From Octopus bimaculoides (taxonomy: Eukaryota), in the NCBI RefSeq assembly GCF_001194135.2, contig NC_068994.1:17998879-18062878 (forward strand): a stretch of 64,000 nt of DNA. Direction: 5' to 3'. Positions within the stretch are counted from its first letter, which is position 1. Every line of letters starts with the position of its first letter. Both the position numbers and the translations under genes were made by a program. The notes beneath the pieces were generated by a model, which did no database searches, was not told the origin of the DNA, and saw only the letters and a program-made list of their open reading frames with translations. This document shows, piece by piece, positions 63,586 to 64,000 of this stretch.

Positions 63586-63699
63586 TAGGATATGGGCAGT
63601 TCCCATGAGCACTATCTTTTGAACTTCAGCCATTTTGGGGTTTCCTGGTATCTGAGCTAGGTAGTAATCAGGTAGTAATATTATCATTATTATTGTTAT

Positions 63700-64000
63700 T
63701 ATTATTCAGTAGTTTTATTTTTATAACGTACTTTCACTTCACTACCGAGCGCAGCTCTGTGCGCCTTGGGTATGTGCTGTGGTTTGCTGTGGTGCTCTTA
63801 TGTATACTGTATTGAGAGTGTTTTGCGTAGGATGTGTGCAGTACCCAGTAGTGCAATTTTCTGTATGTTATATATATTTGTAAGTCCTGCTATTTTTGTT
63901 ATGTATTTGTCTGAATATTTTTTTATTATACCTAAGGCACCTACTATGATAGGAATTGTTTCTGTTTTTAGATTCCACATTCGAGTTATCTCTATTTCCA
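63700..64000 (-). mobile_element. R4/Dong-like LINE 3' end, runs off the window
   Basis: MWNLKTETIPIIVGALG...IQKIALLGTAHILRKTLS; (AAT)-rich tail. Confidence 0.85.

Overview
AT-rich, gap-rich animal genomic DNA. The microsatellite load and SINE/LINE repertoire resemble an octopus (coleoid cephalopod) genome; this is inferred, not shown. Almost all ORFs in the track are artefacts of microsatellites, N-gaps or decayed transposons. The only well-supported host coding sequence is three minus-strand exons (24347-24151, 21227-21069, 15038-14867). They have canonical splice sites and splice in phase into 176 uninterrupted codons of a protein I do not recognise. The rest is a layered transposon graveyard: several tRNA-derived SINE families; RTE, CR1-like, R4/Dong-like and Penelope retroelement fragments; hAT, Tc1/mariner and Helitron remnants; and TTAA-flanked MITEs. 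The most notable structures are: a hAT+Helitron composite present twice in inverted orientation; a fold-back inside a Tc1 transposase; a SINE/MITE/MITE triple nest; R4/Dong fragments stacked in (AAT)n arrays; a Penelope GIY-YIG domain with an in-frame Asn/Ser insert; a CpG-rich 501-bp tandem unit; and inverted SINE pairs bracketing exons. I found no CRISPR array, rRNA or bona fide tRNA gene. Coordinates of decayed repeats are approximate (tens of bp); exon, TIR and TSD coordinates were counted by hand.
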